From Candidatus Methylomirabilota bacterium (GTDB taxonomy: Bacteria; Eisenbacteria; RBG-16-71-46): DNA of 62,220 bases. Where the stretch lies: positions 1 to 62,220 of the forward strand of contig DATNFC010000162.1 of assembly GCA_035606545.1 (NCBI GenBank), written 5' to 3'. Every line of letters starts with the position of its first letter. Within the stretch, counting starts at the first letter, position 1. The notes below the pieces were generated by a model, which saw nothing but the letters and a program-made list of their open reading frames with translations, ran no database searches and had not been told where the DNA came from. The position numbers and the translations under genes were made by a program. Shown here one piece after another: positions 52,836 to 62,220 of the stretch.

Positions 52836-54769
52836 GCAGGCTTCGCGCGCGCGGGCTCGTCACCGCCCGCCGTGGCGTCGGCATCGGCGACGGGCGAGGC
52901 GGCGACGTCGGGTGCTGCATTGCGCGCGGCTCGCACCCACGGCAGGTAGGAACGCAGGCCCGCCGGGCTCTGCGCGCGGATCAGCGCCAGCGCCACGCGC
53001 GGCAGTGCGAGAGCCGCGGGATAGACGAGGTAGCGGTCCTCGAATGCCGGATCGAACCGGCGCTTCCAGCGGAACAGTCCCTTGAAGTCGTAGAACTGGG
53101 CGAGGTGCTGCATCAGGAACTCGCGCGCGCGTTCCGAGCCGGCGGTGCTGGCCGGCGGCGCGTCGTCGCACGCGCGCTCGTCCGGCACCATGGCGAGCGC
53201 CGAGAGCGACAGCGACAGCATCGCGTCGCCGCGTTCGCGCGCGGCCTGCACGGCGCGCACGACCAGCAGGTCCATCGCGCCGGCGGCGCCGTCCTGCCGG
53301 CGCCGGCCCAGGTCCAGCGCCCAGCCGAGCCGCGCCGGGATCGGCACCCACGTCGTGAACGCCTCGACGCGCCGCGCGGCCGGGTTCCACGCAGCGAGCA
53401 GCCACACGTCGCGCAGCCGGTTCGCGTCGAAGCGTCCCATGCAGAAACCCTTCTCGCCGCCGTGACGAGCGCGCAGCCAGTCGTCGGAGACGTCGCGCAA
53501 CTCCTCGGCGAAACCGGGCGGCCCTGCGCCCGGCTCGAACGGGTCCTCGCCCGCGGGGGAGCTCACCACCGTGAGCCCCGCGGCCTCGGCTTTCCGCACC
53601 GCGCGCCGCACCTGCGACATCGCCGCCCCGTCGAGCGTGAACCGGTTCGTCCACAGCACCGGGTCCTCACCGATGTGGAGCGCGCGCCAGCCGAGCGACT
53701 CGTACAGGCGCAGGCGCTCGGGCCGCGCCTGGAAGAACGCGAACGGCCAGTCGTGGCGGCGGCAGAACTCGGCGAACTCGACGAGCAGCGGTCCCAGCTC
53801 CTCGGCCGGGCCCACCGGGTCGCCGATGACGAGCAATGCATCGGATTCGAAGCGGTAGGCGATGACCGCGCGTTCGTTGCGACTGAAAAAGTAGTCGGCG
53901 TCGTCGTCGAGCGCGAACCAGGCGATCGACGAGGCGCCGTGGTCGCGCAGCAATTGCTCGACGCGCTCGGCCTCGGCGCGGTGCCGGCGGCGATGCCGCG
54001 CCGGCCGCAGCGACGCGAGTGCCAGCGTCACGGCCAGCGTCAGCGCCAGAAGCGGCAGCGAGCCCAGGTACCACGTCAGCAGCCGCTGCTGCGCTCGCGC
54101 CAGGTGCGCGGGCACCTCGCCCGGGTCACCGACGCCGAACAGCCGCGTGAACGCGTCGGCGAACGCGTCCGCGAACGAGTGCGCCATGCCGAAGTGGACT
54201 TCCAGGGCCCACGAACCGATGGCGACGTAGACGAGCAGCCCGGCCACGGCCCACAGCGCGCGCGAGCGCAGCATGACGAACGACAGCTCGCGGCTGCGCA
54301 CCCGGAACGCCTCGGAGCTCACACCGAGCGCGAACATGAGCGCGCTCGCGACCGTGGCTTCCTCGACGTCGAATGCCTTGAACAGGTTCACCGGCACGCT
54401 GAGTGCGCACAGGAACAGGGCCGCCACGAACGCGCGCCGCTTGCCGCGGCGCAGGCCCCAGGCGGTGACGAGCAGCAGCGAGCCCGCAAGCAGCGTGAAC
54501 GTGCGGCTCGAGTCCAGCACCTCGGTGGGCACGAGCCGTTCGAGCGCGACGAGCCGCTCCGGCGGGTGTGAGAGCAGCGCCGAGAGCAGGTCGATGATGC
54601 CCATGACCGCCACCGCCAGCGACAGCAGCACGCGACGGCCGGTGTACGTGCGCGGCGGCTGGACCGGCGGCGGGGGCGGGGCGTCCGCTCCGGGCACGGA
54701 CCGCTCCGCGCGCGACCCCGGATAGGCCGGGGTCGCGACGCGGGAGACGGTCCGTAACGCCGCGTGCAT
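52832..54769 (-). CDS. mprF: MprF-like aminoacyl-phosphatidylglycerol synthase (TM region + DUF2156 synthase domain)
   Basis: About six N-terminal TM helices. C-terminal blocks: AYRFESDALLVIGDPVG, DWPFAFFQARPE, GEKGFCMG, LDLGRRR, LSLSLSAL, YDFKGLFRWKRRFDP. Confidence 0.85.
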   Translation of the reverse strand: MHAALRTVSRVATPAYPGSRAERSVPGADAPPPPPVQPPRTYTGRRVLLSLAVAVMGIIDLLSALLSHPPERLVALERLVPTEVLDSSRTFTLLAGSLLLVTAWGLRRGKRRAFVAALFLCALSVPVNLFKAFDVEEATVASALMFALGVSSEAFRVRSRELSFVMLRSRALWAVAGLLVYVAIGSWALEVHFGMAHSFADAFADAFTRLFGVGDPGEVPAHLARAQQRLLTWYLGSLPLLALTLAVTLALASLRPARHRRRHRAEAERVEQLLRDHGASSIAWFALDDDADYFFSRNERAVIAYRFESDALLVIGDPVGPAEELGPLLVEFAEFCRRHDWPFAFFQARPERLRLYESLGWRALHIGEDPVLWTNRFTLDGAAMSQVRRAVRKAEAAGLTVVSSPAGEDPFEPGAGPPGFAEELRDVSDDWLRARHGGEKGFCMGRFDANRLRDVWLLAAWNPAARRVEAFTTWVPIPARLGWALDLGRRRQDGAAGAMDLLVVRAVQAARERGDAMLSLSLSALAMVPDERACDDAPPASTAGSERAREFLMQHLAQFYDFKGLFRWKRRFDPAFEDRYLVYPAALALPRVALALIRAQSPAGLRSYLPWVRAARNAAPDVAASPVADADATAGGDEPARAKPA

Positions 54770-54774
54770 CGGAC

Positions 54775-55140
54775 CTACTTCGCCGCGGTCTTCTGCGGCG
54801 GCGCGACCGTCACCTTCGCGCTGATCTTGCTGTACTCCTCCTTCGTGACGATGTTCTTCGTCTCGAGCTCGCTGTGGCTCTTGTACGGACGGGCCGCGAT
54901 GATCTTCTCGGCCAGCGCGTCGTCGACGCCCGGAAGCTTCATCAGATCTTCCTTCGACGCCGTGTTGAGGTCCGTCTTCGGAGCGTGCGTGGACTTGCTC
55001 GAGCTGCTGTGGTGATGCGTCGACGTCGACTTGGCGGCCGGCGCGGGCGTCGTCGTGGCCGCCGTCCCCTCCGCCAGGGCCACCGTCGCGGCGAACGCCA
55101 ACGCGGCCACGGTCACGAGCACTGCAGGGATGCGCTTCAT
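54775..55140 (-). CDS. ComEA-like helix-hairpin-helix protein, secreted
   Basis: ATG 55140 follows GGAGG. Signal VLVTVAALAFAATVALA. HhH block is DLNTASKEDLMKLPGVDDALAEKIIAARPY. Lower GC than its neighbours. Confidence 0.75.
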   Translation of the reverse strand: MKRIPAVLVTVAALAFAATVALAEGTAATTTPAPAAKSTSTHHHSSSSKSTHAPKTDLNTASKEDLMKLPGVDDALAEKIIAARPYKSHSELETKNIVTKEEYSKISAKVTVAPPQKTAAK

Positions 55141-55952
55141 CTGGATTCCTCCGATTTCGAGGGATCGACAGCGCGGAGCAACCGCCCTCGACCGGGCGCT
55201 CCGTGGGGGCCAGAGGCCCCTGTACAGCGGGGAATGGGGCGGGGAACGCGACTGCTGGCGGGACACGACGACGCGAGCAGCGACCAGGACGGGGCGCTCG
55301 AGCGGGACGTGTTCGAGATCGGGAGGGCGCGGGGTACCGGGGATGAGTTCACCCGGGGCAGCGGCGACCCTGCGTGGGTTGGGTGCGAGCGGCGAACGTC
55401 GGCGGTGGATTCACGCGCGGCGCGCGGCAGAGGGGATGCGAGGTTCGAGAGGGGTCCGGCGCGCGGGGGGCCGCGGCTCTCGAGCGGCTGGGACACGAAG
55501 CGCGGACGCAGGCGATGACGCTGGTGGACGCAGGCGCCGAGCACGGCGATCGACAGCGCGCCGGCTGCACTCACCGGCATGCCGGCGGCGCCGTTCGCCC
55601 GTGCGCCATCGTGGCGATGGCCGATCGCGAGCGCGTTCGCGCGATGGTTCGTGCGCGGCCGCTTCGGCGCGGGGGCGGGCACGGGCAGCGATACGGCGGT
55701 GATCTCGTGCGCGCGCAGGTTGGGCTCGGTGGGGTGCGTGCGGGCGTGGCGGCGGTGGTGCACGCCACCCACGTGCGCGGCGCGGTGCGTGGAGCTGGCA
55801 CCGGCGGCGGCGACCGTGGGCTTCAGGGTGGACCCGCCTGCGGCCGGTGCGGCGCTCGCGCTCGATGTGACGAGCAGCGCGGCGAACAACGTTCCGGCGA
55901 GCACGTACGAGGCGGTCAGGATCCGCGTGCGGGGACTCACGTAGCGAAGCAT
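55137..55952 (-). CDS. Possible His/Arg/Pro-rich exported protein (doubtful)
   Basis: ATG 55952. Signal-like ILTASYVLAGTLFAALLVTSSASA, then a His-rich stretch (THRAAHVGGVHHRRHARTHP). The stop forms an ATGA overlap with the comEA-like start. The C-terminal half looks like non-coding translation. Confidence 0.3.
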   Translation of the reverse strand: MLRYVSPRTRILTASYVLAGTLFAALLVTSSASAAPAAGGSTLKPTVAAAGASSTHRAAHVGGVHHRRHARTHPTEPNLRAHEITAVSLPVPAPAPKRPRTNHRANALAIGHRHDGARANGAAGMPVSAAGALSIAVLGACVHQRHRLRPRFVSQPLESRGPPRAGPLSNLASPLPRAARESTADVRRSHPTHAGSPLPRVNSSPVPRALPISNTSRSSAPSWSLLASSCPASSRVPRPIPRCTGASGPHGAPGRGRLLRAVDPSKSEESR

Positions 55953-56067
55953 CGACGGCTGCCGGCCGCCATGTATCAGGAACGCGCAAAGTCCAGTGGG
56001 AATCCCTGTGAACTGCAGCGGCGGACGCCGGATGCGCGCCAACCCCCGGTTCCACTAGGCTTACGGG

Positions 56068-56568
56068 GTGCGTTCTCCCCTTCGCCTGGTGGTGCTCGTC
56101 GGCCTGCTCGCCGTGATCGCGGTCGCGGCGTTCGCGCTGCGCGGCTCGTTCCGGATGCCCGTGCGCGAACACGCGTCCCCCGACGACGCGGGCGCACCGG
56201 CGACTTCCGAAGCGGTCATCGACTCCGGTGAGGACGTGGTCGCACGCGCGCTGCGACTCGCCGCGATCGACACCACGAAGAAGAAGGAGTGGGTGGACGA
56301 CATCCCCGACCTGGAGCTGGCGTCGCTGCCGGCGCCCGCGCGCGAGACGTTCCTGCGCATCGCGAACGGCCGGCGCTGCAACTGCGGCTGCGGCTTCACG
56401 CTCGCGGGCTGCCGGCGGTTCGACTCGGAGTGCGAGACGAGCGGTCCGCTCGCACGTGCGCTGTTCGACTCGGTTCGCGCCGGGCAGCTCTCGAGCGCCG
56501 AGGGTTTCCCCGAGCGGCCCGGAGGCGCCTCCGGCGCGGCCTTGCGGCGTCCGAACCGACAGGACTAA
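56068..56568 (+). CDS. Membrane-anchored hypothetical protein with a CxCGCG...C...C cysteine motif
   Basis: GTG 56068. TM anchor LRLVVLVGLLAVIAVAAFAL. Cys cluster is RRCNCGCGFTLAGCRRFDSEC. Confidence 0.6.
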   Translation: MRSPLRLVVLVGLLAVIAVAAFALRGSFRMPVREHASPDDAGAPATSEAVIDSGEDVVARALRLAAIDTTKKKEWVDDIPDLELASLPAPARETFLRIANGRRCNCGCGFTLAGCRRFDSECETSGPLARALFDSVRAGQLSSAEGFPERPGGASGAALRRPNRQD

Positions 56569-56658
56569 CCTGCGGGTGAAATCACGCGGACCACGCTGCC
56601 GGAGCCTTCGCGCACCCGCTCCGCGACCCACCCGAACTCTACCGACCGGAGGCATCCG

Positions 56659-57273
56659 ATGGCCTGGAAGGACCTGACGCCCAAGACGTTCGCTTCGATC
56701 CGCGAGTTGAACGGCATCTCGGCGCGCACGCAGGAAGAGCACTACGAGCTCTACAAGGGCTACGTGGGCAAGGTGAACGAGATCCAGAAGAAGCTGGACG
56801 CCGTGGACCGCACCACCGCGAACCAGATCTTCAGCGACCTGCGCTCGCTGCGCGTCGACTACTCGTTCGCGATCGGCGGCATGAAGAACCACGAGATCTT
56901 CTTCGGCCACCTGGGCGGCAAGGGCGGCGCGCCGAGCGGCAAGTTGAAGGAGCAGATCGCGCGCGATTTCCCCTCGTACGACGCGTGGCTCGCCGACTTC
57001 AAGGCCTCGGGCCTCGCCGCGCGCGGCTGGGTGTGGCTTGCGTACGACCACGACCTCTCCATGCTCACGACCGTGGTCGGCGACGCACAGAACTCGTTCC
57101 CGCTGTGGAACGCCACGCCGATCCTGGCGCTGGACGTGTACGAGCACGCGTACTGGCTGGACTACGGCCGCGCGCGCGCCAAGTACATCGATGCGTTCTT
57201 CAACAATCTCGACTGGGGCGTGGTGGCGGCGAACCTGGATCGCGCGCTGTCCATGCAGCCGGCCGCGAAGTAA
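56659..57273 (+). CDS. Fe/Mn-family superoxide dismutase
   Basis: ATG 56659 follows GGAGG. Motifs: EEHYELYKGYV, NHEIFF, GWVWL, LDVYEHAYWLDY. Confidence 0.85.
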   Translation: MAWKDLTPKTFASIRELNGISARTQEEHYELYKGYVGKVNEIQKKLDAVDRTTANQIFSDLRSLRVDYSFAIGGMKNHEIFFGHLGGKGGAPSGKLKEQIARDFPSYDAWLADFKASGLAARGWVWLAYDHDLSMLTTVVGDAQNSFPLWNATPILALDVYEHAYWLDYGRARAKYIDAFFNNLDWGVVAANLDRALSMQPAAK

Positions 57274-57360
57274 CGTTCGGCTCCGCCGCGCGCCGCGCGG
57301 TCCCACGAGTCGTGACGGGCCCCTTCGACCGGGGGCCCGCACGATTTTTCCGGAGGTTCA

Positions 57361-57843
57361 ATGCCCACGGCCACGCTGCTCCCGGTGATCGGGAAGCCCG
57401 CGCCGGATTTCACACTGCCGTCCACATCGGGCGAGTCCGTCTCGCTCAAGCAGTACAAGGGGAAGAAGACCGTGGTGCTGTTCTTCTATCCCGAGGACGA
57501 GACGCCTGGCTGCACCAAGGAGGCATGCGCCTTCCGCGACCTGACGGCGCAGTTCGAGGCCGCGGGCGTGACGATCCTGGGCGTGAGCGCGAACGACATG
57601 GAGACGCACCTGCGTTTCAAGGCCAAGCACAAGCTGCCGTTCGACCTGCTGGTCGACGCCGACGCGAACGTCAGCAAGGCGTACGGCGTGTGGAAGCAGA
57701 AGAACCTCTACGGCAAGAAGTTCATGGGCATCGAGCGCACGACGTTCGTGATCGACAAGACCGGTCGCATCGCGCAGATCTACCCCAAGGTGAAGGTCGA
57801 GGGTCACGTGGCCGAGGTGCTGGCGTTCCTCACCGAGGAGTGA
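57361..57843 (+). CDS. bcp: Thiol peroxidase Bcp (peroxiredoxin Q)
   Basis: Motifs: APDFTLPS, VVLFFYPEDETPGCTKEACAFRD, ILGVSAND, FDLLVDAD, RTTFVIDKTGRI. Confidence 0.93.
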   Translation: MPTATLLPVIGKPAPDFTLPSTSGESVSLKQYKGKKTVVLFFYPEDETPGCTKEACAFRDLTAQFEAAGVTILGVSANDMETHLRFKAKHKLPFDLLVDADANVSKAYGVWKQKNLYGKKFMGIERTTFVIDKTGRIAQIYPKVKVEGHVAEVLAFLTEE

Positions 57844-57904
57844 CTCGCGGCGGTCCGCGGGCGCCCGTTTCCGCCGGGCGCCGCGGCGCCGCGACCTCCA
57901 GCCC

Positions 57905-58558
57905 ATGGACCAGGCTCCGAAGCGACCCGTACCGGTGTTCCCGCTCCCGGGCGTGGTGCTGTTCCCCGGTGCCGAGATGAGCCTGCACGTGTTCGAGCTG
58001 CGCTACCGCACCATGGTGCGCGAAGCGCTCTCGGGTGAGCGGCGAATCGCGCTCGCGACGCTCGCGCCGGGCTGGGAGCGCGACTATGAAGCCAGTCCCG
58101 CGTTCCACGCCCTGGGCTGTGTCGCGCGTTTCGAAGAGGTGTCGTGGCTGCCGAACGACTGCTACGACCTGCGCGTGCGCGGCACGCTGCGCGTGCGCTT
58201 CGGCCGTCCGTCGAAGGAGTTCCCCTACCGCGCCTGCCCGGTGGAGCTGCTCGCCGACGCGCCGTACACCGAGTCCGACCCGCTGTGCCAGATGGCGCGG
58301 CAATCGCTGCTCGAGGAGCGCGTCCGGTTGGGGCCGCTCGGGCTCGAGGCCTGGCTCGCACCACCGCGGCTCGCGGACGACGCGCCGCTCACGGTCGTGG
58401 TCGCCGCACTCGCCACCGCAGCGCGATTCCCGGCCAGCGAGAAGCTGGCGCTGCTCGCGCACGACGACGTCATCGAGCGCGCGCACCGGCTGCACGAGGC
58501 GCTGCAGCGGATCGGGCGCGCAGTACCGCCGGAGCCGCCGGGGGTGAGCCGGAATTGA
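57905..58558 (+). CDS. LON substrate-binding (N-terminal) domain-only protein
   Basis: VPVFPLPGVVLFPGAEMSLHVFELRYRTMV. There is no AAA+ or protease region. Confidence 0.8.
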   Translation: MDQAPKRPVPVFPLPGVVLFPGAEMSLHVFELRYRTMVREALSGERRIALATLAPGWERDYEASPAFHALGCVARFEEVSWLPNDCYDLRVRGTLRVRFGRPSKEFPYRACPVELLADAPYTESDPLCQMARQSLLEERVRLGPLGLEAWLAPPRLADDAPLTVVVAALATAARFPASEKLALLAHDDVIERAHRLHEALQRIGRAVPPEPPGVSRN

Positions 58559-58617
58559 CCGTGCGCGGCGCGCGCGCGACAGTCGCGCGCCGAAGCGAGG
58601 CCTGACCGGAGGGAACG

Positions 58618-59337
58618 ATGAAGGCGTTCGACAAGGGATTCACACTCACCTGGCTGGGCCACGGCGCGTTCCACCTCGTGTCGCCGCGCGGCAAGCACCT
58701 GCTGATCGATCCGTGGCTCGAGGGCAACCCCATGGCGCCAGTGGGCGACGTGCCGATCACGCACGTCGACGCCATCCTCGTCACCCACGCGCACGGTGAT
58801 CACGCGAGCGACGTCGTGCGGCTGGCAAAGAAATTCCGCTGCGCGGTCGTATGCATCCATGAGGCGTCGCTGTGGTTCACGCGGCATGGCGTCGAGAACG
58901 TCGTGGGTATGAACAAGGGCGGCACGGCGCAGCTCGCCGGGCTGAAGCTGACGATGACGCACGCCGTGCACTCGAGCAGCTTCGATGCCGGCGACGAGCG
59001 CGTCTACGGCGGCGACCCGGCGGGCTTCGTGGTCACGCTCGAGAACGGCGCCACGATCTACTTCGCCGGCGACACGGGGCCGACGATGGACATGCAGATC
59101 GTGGGCGACCTCTACCGCCCCGACGTCTCGGTGCTGCCGATCGGCGACTTCTACACCATGGGCCCGCGCGAGGCGGCGTACGTGATGCGGCTGCTGCGCT
59201 CGCCGTTCGTCGTGCCGTGCCACTACGGCACGTTCCCCGCGCTCACCGGCACGCCGGACGCGTTCCGCGCCGAGCTGAGCAAACTGGGCGTGCAGGCGAC
59301 GGTCGTGGCGCCGAAGCCGGGAGAGAGCGTGCGCTGA
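58618..59337 (+). CDS. MBL-fold metal-dependent hydrolase (UPF0173-like)
   Basis: Motifs: [43 protein letters not shown]. Confidence 0.88.
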   Translation: MKAFDKGFTLTWLGHGAFHLVSPRGKHLLIDPWLEGNPMAPVGDVPITHVDAILVTHAHGDHASDVVRLAKKFRCAVVCIHEASLWFTRHGVENVVGMNKGGTAQLAGLKLTMTHAVHSSSFDAGDERVYGGDPAGFVVTLENGATIYFAGDTGPTMDMQIVGDLYRPDVSVLPIGDFYTMGPREAAYVMRLLRSPFVVPCHYGTFPALTGTPDAFRAELSKLGVQATVVAPKPGESVR

Positions 59338-60140
59338 TGGCGCGCGGCGAGGACCCACAGCCGCCGTCCGATGCCGTCGCGCGCTTCAACCGCGGCGCTT
59401 GGGACGCGATGGTGGCGCGCGGCAATCGCTGGACGCTGGCGGTGGACGAAAGCGCCGTTGCCGCCGCTCGCCGCGGCGACTGGTCGATCGTGCTCACGCC
59501 CGAGAAACCGGTGCCGCGGGCGTGGTTCCCGCCGCTCGCGGGCGAGCCGGTGTTGTGTCTTGCCGGCGCGGGCGGCCAGCAGGCGCCCATTCTCGCTGCC
59601 GCCGGCGCGCGCGTCACCGTGCTCGACAACTCGCCGGCGCAGCTCGCGCAGGATCGCGCGGTGGCCGAGCGCGAGCGGCTGGACGTCACGTGTGTGCTCG
59701 GCGACATGCGCGACCTCTCGGCGTTCGCAGACCAGTCGTTCGCGCTGGTCTTCCACCCGTGCTCGAACGCGTTCGTGCCTGACGTTCGCCCGGTGTGGCG
59801 CGAGGCGTTCCGCGTGCTCCGGCCCGGCGGCGTGTTGCTCGCGGGCTTCACGAACCCGGTCGAGTACCTGTTCGACGCGGTGGCACTCGAGCGCGGCGAG
59901 CTGGTGGTACGTCACGCGCTGCCCTACTCGGACCTCACCAGCCCGACGCCGGAGGAGAAGGCGCTGCTCGAGGCCGCGGGCGAGCCGCTGTCGTTCGGGC
60001 ACACGCTCGAGGACCAGATCGGGGGCCAGCTCGATGCCGGCTTCGTGCTGACCGCGCTCTACGAGGACCGCTGGAGCGAGAGTGCGCTCGGCCGCTTCGC
60101 GGCCACGTTCATGGCGACGCGGGCGCTGCGTTCGCGCTGA
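59337..60140 (+). CDS. Class I SAM-dependent methyltransferase
   Basis: ATG 59337 overlaps the preceding TGA by 1 nt. Motifs: [35 protein letters not shown]. Confidence 0.8.
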   Translation: MARGEDPQPPSDAVARFNRGAWDAMVARGNRWTLAVDESAVAAARRGDWSIVLTPEKPVPRAWFPPLAGEPVLCLAGAGGQQAPILAAAGARVTVLDNSPAQLAQDRAVAERERLDVTCVLGDMRDLSAFADQSFALVFHPCSNAFVPDVRPVWREAFRVLRPGGVLLAGFTNPVEYLFDAVALERGELVVRHALPYSDLTSPTPEEKALLEAAGEPLSFGHTLEDQIGGQLDAGFVLTALYEDRWSESALGRFAATFMATRALRSR

Positions 60141-61356
60141 TCACCGCGATGATGTCGTAGAGCGCGTGCACCACGATCGCGGTGGTGGTGTTCGTGCGCG
60201 CGCGCACGATGCCGAGCAGCACACCGAGCAGCAGGATCGTGAGCATGCCGAACCACGTGTACTGGACGTGGCCGGCGGCGAACAGCACCGACGCCCAGAA
60301 CAGCCCCGCGCGCGGCTGGAGCGCGCCGCGCACGAGCAGCTCCTCGCCGACGCCGGCGCTGACGCCGAGCAGGATGCTCGCGGCCAGGCTGAGATCGCCC
60401 GCGATCAGCCGGCCCATCTCCTGGTCGGCGGCCCACAGCGTCGGGAAGTGCGCGTGCTCGAGCGCTTCCATCCCCGAGTTGAGTGCGATCACGAGGCCGA
60501 GACCGACGACCGCGACCACCACGTGTCCGCCGCGCATCGCGGTGAGCCCCAGTCGCTCGCGCGCCGCGCGCGCGTCGCGCGCCACCCACAGCCCGATCGC
60601 CGCGGCCGCGAAAGCCACCTCGCCCACGAGCCCGGAGACCAGCCCGCCCACGTCCACGAGCGGCTGCCCGCTGAGAAGGTCGATCATCTCATCGATCACC
60701 AGGCGCATCGGCACCGGGAGCAGCAGGAGCGCGAGCGCGATCGACGCCGAGAGCCGCGCGGTGTACGACCACGTGGCGTAAGGCAGCAGCGATTGCGTGA
60801 TCGGGCGCGCGAGCGCCGGGATCGTCATCGCCATGCACGCGGCGGCAGCCGCCCAGCACCAGCGCTCGGCGCCCACGTGTCCGGCGGTCGGCGCCAACGA
60901 GTGTGCGTAGGAGCCCAACCCGATGTAGGCGAGCGTGGCGAGGACCTGCACCGCGATGGGCACGCTCATGCGCAGCGACAGCCCCACGGCGCCGGGCTCC
61001 AGCGCCGGCTCGCCCGCGAGCTCGCCGGCGCGCGCGCGGTCGCGCACGTCCCACGACTGGGTGAGCGCGAACAGCGCGGCCGCGGCGAGCATGATCGCCG
61101 CGTCCGGATGCTGGAGCAGCAACGCGAGGATCGCACCCGCCACCGCGAACACGAGCCAGCGCACGAGCCCCACGTGCACGCGGCCGCCGAGCGCGTCGGC
61201 GGCGATGCGCTTCGCGAGCGCCGCGCTCTCGCGCTCCGCGTCGGCGAGCCGCGCGAGTTCCGCGGCGTGTTCCTCCGCCGTCATCTCGGCCAGCGGCGGG
61301 CGGGAGTGAGGCGGCTCGGGGCCCCCGTCGTCCGGCGTGCCTTGATTCGCGACCAT
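60109..61356 (-). CDS. CPBP (CAAX) family intramembrane metalloprotease
   Basis: ATG 61356. Multiple TM helices. Motifs: [27 protein letters not shown]. Its 3' end overlaps the convergent gene by 32 nt. Confidence 0.8.
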   Translation of the reverse strand: MVANQGTPDDGGPEPPHSRPPLAEMTAEEHAAELARLADAERESAALAKRIAADALGGRVHVGLVRWLVFAVAGAILALLLQHPDAAIMLAAAALFALTQSWDVRDRARAGELAGEPALEPGAVGLSLRMSVPIAVQVLATLAYIGLGSYAHSLAPTAGHVGAERWCWAAAAACMAMTIPALARPITQSLLPYATWSYTARLSASIALALLLLPVPMRLVIDEMIDLLSGQPLVDVGGLVSGLVGEVAFAAAAIGLWVARDARAARERLGLTAMRGGHVVVAVVGLGLVIALNSGMEALEHAHFPTLWAADQEMGRLIAGDLSLAASILLGVSAGVGEELLVRGALQPRAGLFWASVLFAAGHVQYTWFGMLTILLLGVLLGIVRARTNTTTAIVVHALYDIIAVISANAAPASP

Positions 61357-61407
61357 GGTCGCGCGAGCATATGCGGTCACACACCGAAGCACGAGGGGGT
61401 CTGGCTC

Positions 61408-61653
61408 ATGAGAGTGTCCGTGAAGCTGTTCGCGCAGGCGCGCGAACGCGTCGGCAGCGCCGACGCACGGCTGGAGTTGCCGGCGGGCAGCCGCGTGGAG
61501 GACGCAATGGCGTCGCTCGTGCGCGCGTACCCGGCGCTCGCCGAGCTGCGCCCGCACCTTGCGGTGGCCGTGGACGGCACGCTCGCGAGGAGCGCCGATC
61601 CGCTTCCCGGCGACTGCGAGCTGGCGCTGTTGCCGCCGGTGAGCGGCGGCTGA
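61408..61653 (+). CDS. moaD: MoaD/ThiS-family sulfur carrier protein
   Basis: ATG 61408 follows GAGGGGG. 81 aa. MRVSVKLFAQARERVG...ELALLPPVSGG* (C-terminal Gly-Gly). Confidence 0.85.
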   Translation: MRVSVKLFAQARERVGSADARLELPAGSRVEDAMASLVRAYPALAELRPHLAVAVDGTLARSADPLPGDCELALLPPVSGG

Positions 61654-61768
61654 CGTGCCGGCGACGAGACGTCGTATCGCGCCCCGCGCGGGCGCCGCAG
61701 CCCCGCGCGCGAGGCGGACGAGCGCCGCGGCCCCGCGCGTACGCTCGGCGTCGAGCGCTCCGCGCATC

Positions 61769-62220
61769 GTGCCGGTGACCCCGGCGCGCTGGCCGGACCT
61801 CGAGGCGCTGTTCGGCGAGAAGGGCGCGTGCGCGGGTTGCTGGTGCATGTGGATGCGGCTGCCGCGCGCGCAGTTCGACCGCCAGAAAGGCGCCGGCAAT
61901 CGTCGTGCGCTGCGCGCGCTGGTGGGCAAGCGGCCGCCCGGGCTCATCGCCTACGTGGGCGGCGAACCCGCGGGCTGGGTGGCGGTGGCGCCGCGCGAGG
62001 AGTACGTGCGGCTCGAGAACTCGCGCGTGCTGGCGCCGGTCGAGGGCGAGGGCGTGTGGGCGGCGCCGTGCTTCTTCATCAAGGCGGCGCACCGCGGCGC
62101 CGGGCTCACGGCCTCGCTGCTGGCGGCCGCATCGGCACACGCCGCGAAGAGCGGTGCCCGCTCGATCGAGGGCTACCCGAACGTGAACCGCGCCCAACGC
62201 CAGCCGGCGGCGTTCGTGTG
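61769..62220 (+). CDS. GNAT-family N-acetyltransferase (3' partial)
   Basis: This frame is not in the track because it runs off the window. It translates PVTPARWPDLEALFGEKGACAGCWCMWMRL...GEPAGWVAVAPREEY...CFFIKAAHRGAGLTASLL. Start is GTG 61769, or upstream GTG 61655. Confidence 0.65.
   Translation, partial: MPVTPARWPDLEALFGEKGACAGCWCMWMRLPRAQFDRQKGAGNRRALRALVGKRPPGLIAYVGGEPAGWVAVAPREEYVRLENSRVLAPVEGEGVWAAPCFFIKAAHRGAGLTASLLAAASAHAAKSGARSIEGYPNVNRAQRQPAAFV

Noticed and set aside
55141-55560. C-terminal half of the 55137-55952 ORF as genuine coding sequence.
   Set aside because: The Ser/Pro/Arg-rich translation and weaker third-position bias resemble non-coding DNA. It is kept only as a low-confidence CDS because of the ATGA overlap with the next gene.
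1-62220. Mobile elements, prophage, integrases, defence systems (RM, Cas, RT, Abi) or compositional islands indicating recent transfer.
   Set aside because: No such gene families were recognised in any frame. The lower-GC stretches are short intergenic spacers or single genes (comEA-like, crotonase/OMP) without flanking repeats or tRNA.

Overview
High-GC (about 70% by eye) bacterial chromosomal segment. It is densely coding, with about 58 protein genes. I recognised no rRNA, tRNA, CRISPR array, transposase, integrase or phage genes. Family names are assigned by eye from motifs in the supplied translations, not from searches. Many long ORFs in the track are antisense or run-through artefacts of the high GC content. 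Real genes were picked by motif content, signal peptides, RBS (GGAGG-like), high GC3 and the frequent 4-nt start/stop overlaps (ATGA, GTGA, TTGA) that mark operons. Four proteins carry a C-terminal FlgD-Ig/T9SS-like sorting domain ending in a hydrophobic stretch plus Arg-stop. Together with TonB-dependent receptor clusters, this suggests an FCB-group or Gemmatimonadota/Eisenbacteria-like organism (weak inference). Content by region: (1) tricorn-like protease; (2) coupled HEAT-repeat and HD-GYP genes; (3) a cupredoxin lipoprotein; (4) a five-gene DtxR-family/ApbE/porin/FMN-binding/4-TM operon; (5) a two-component system followed by a TonB-dependent receptor and secreted-protein cluster; (6) an SPFH/RHH/unknown operon; (7) a lipid/CoA metabolism block (AtuA-like, BioY, Hbd, ALDH, VOC, thiolase, crotonase); (8) envelope modification genes (GT2 + ArnT-like GT39, GT4, MprF-like + esterase, RlpA); (9) ispH; (10) an oxidative-stress block (SOD, Bcp, CMD, DinB); (11) moaD and a GNAT. 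The most unusual items: (a) the metal-regulator-controlled porin + ApbE + flavinylatable FMN-binding protein + His-rich membrane protein operon; (b) a 47-codon mini-ORF that reproduces the signal peptide, first mature residues and last seven residues of the 797-aa gene it overlaps, with a purifying-selection-like substitution pattern; (c) an apparently circularly permuted cupredoxin; (d) two coupled genes sharing an N-terminal module fused to HEAT repeats or to HD-GYP; (e) an SPFH-RHH-unknown operon with a 24-bp palindrome over its promoter.
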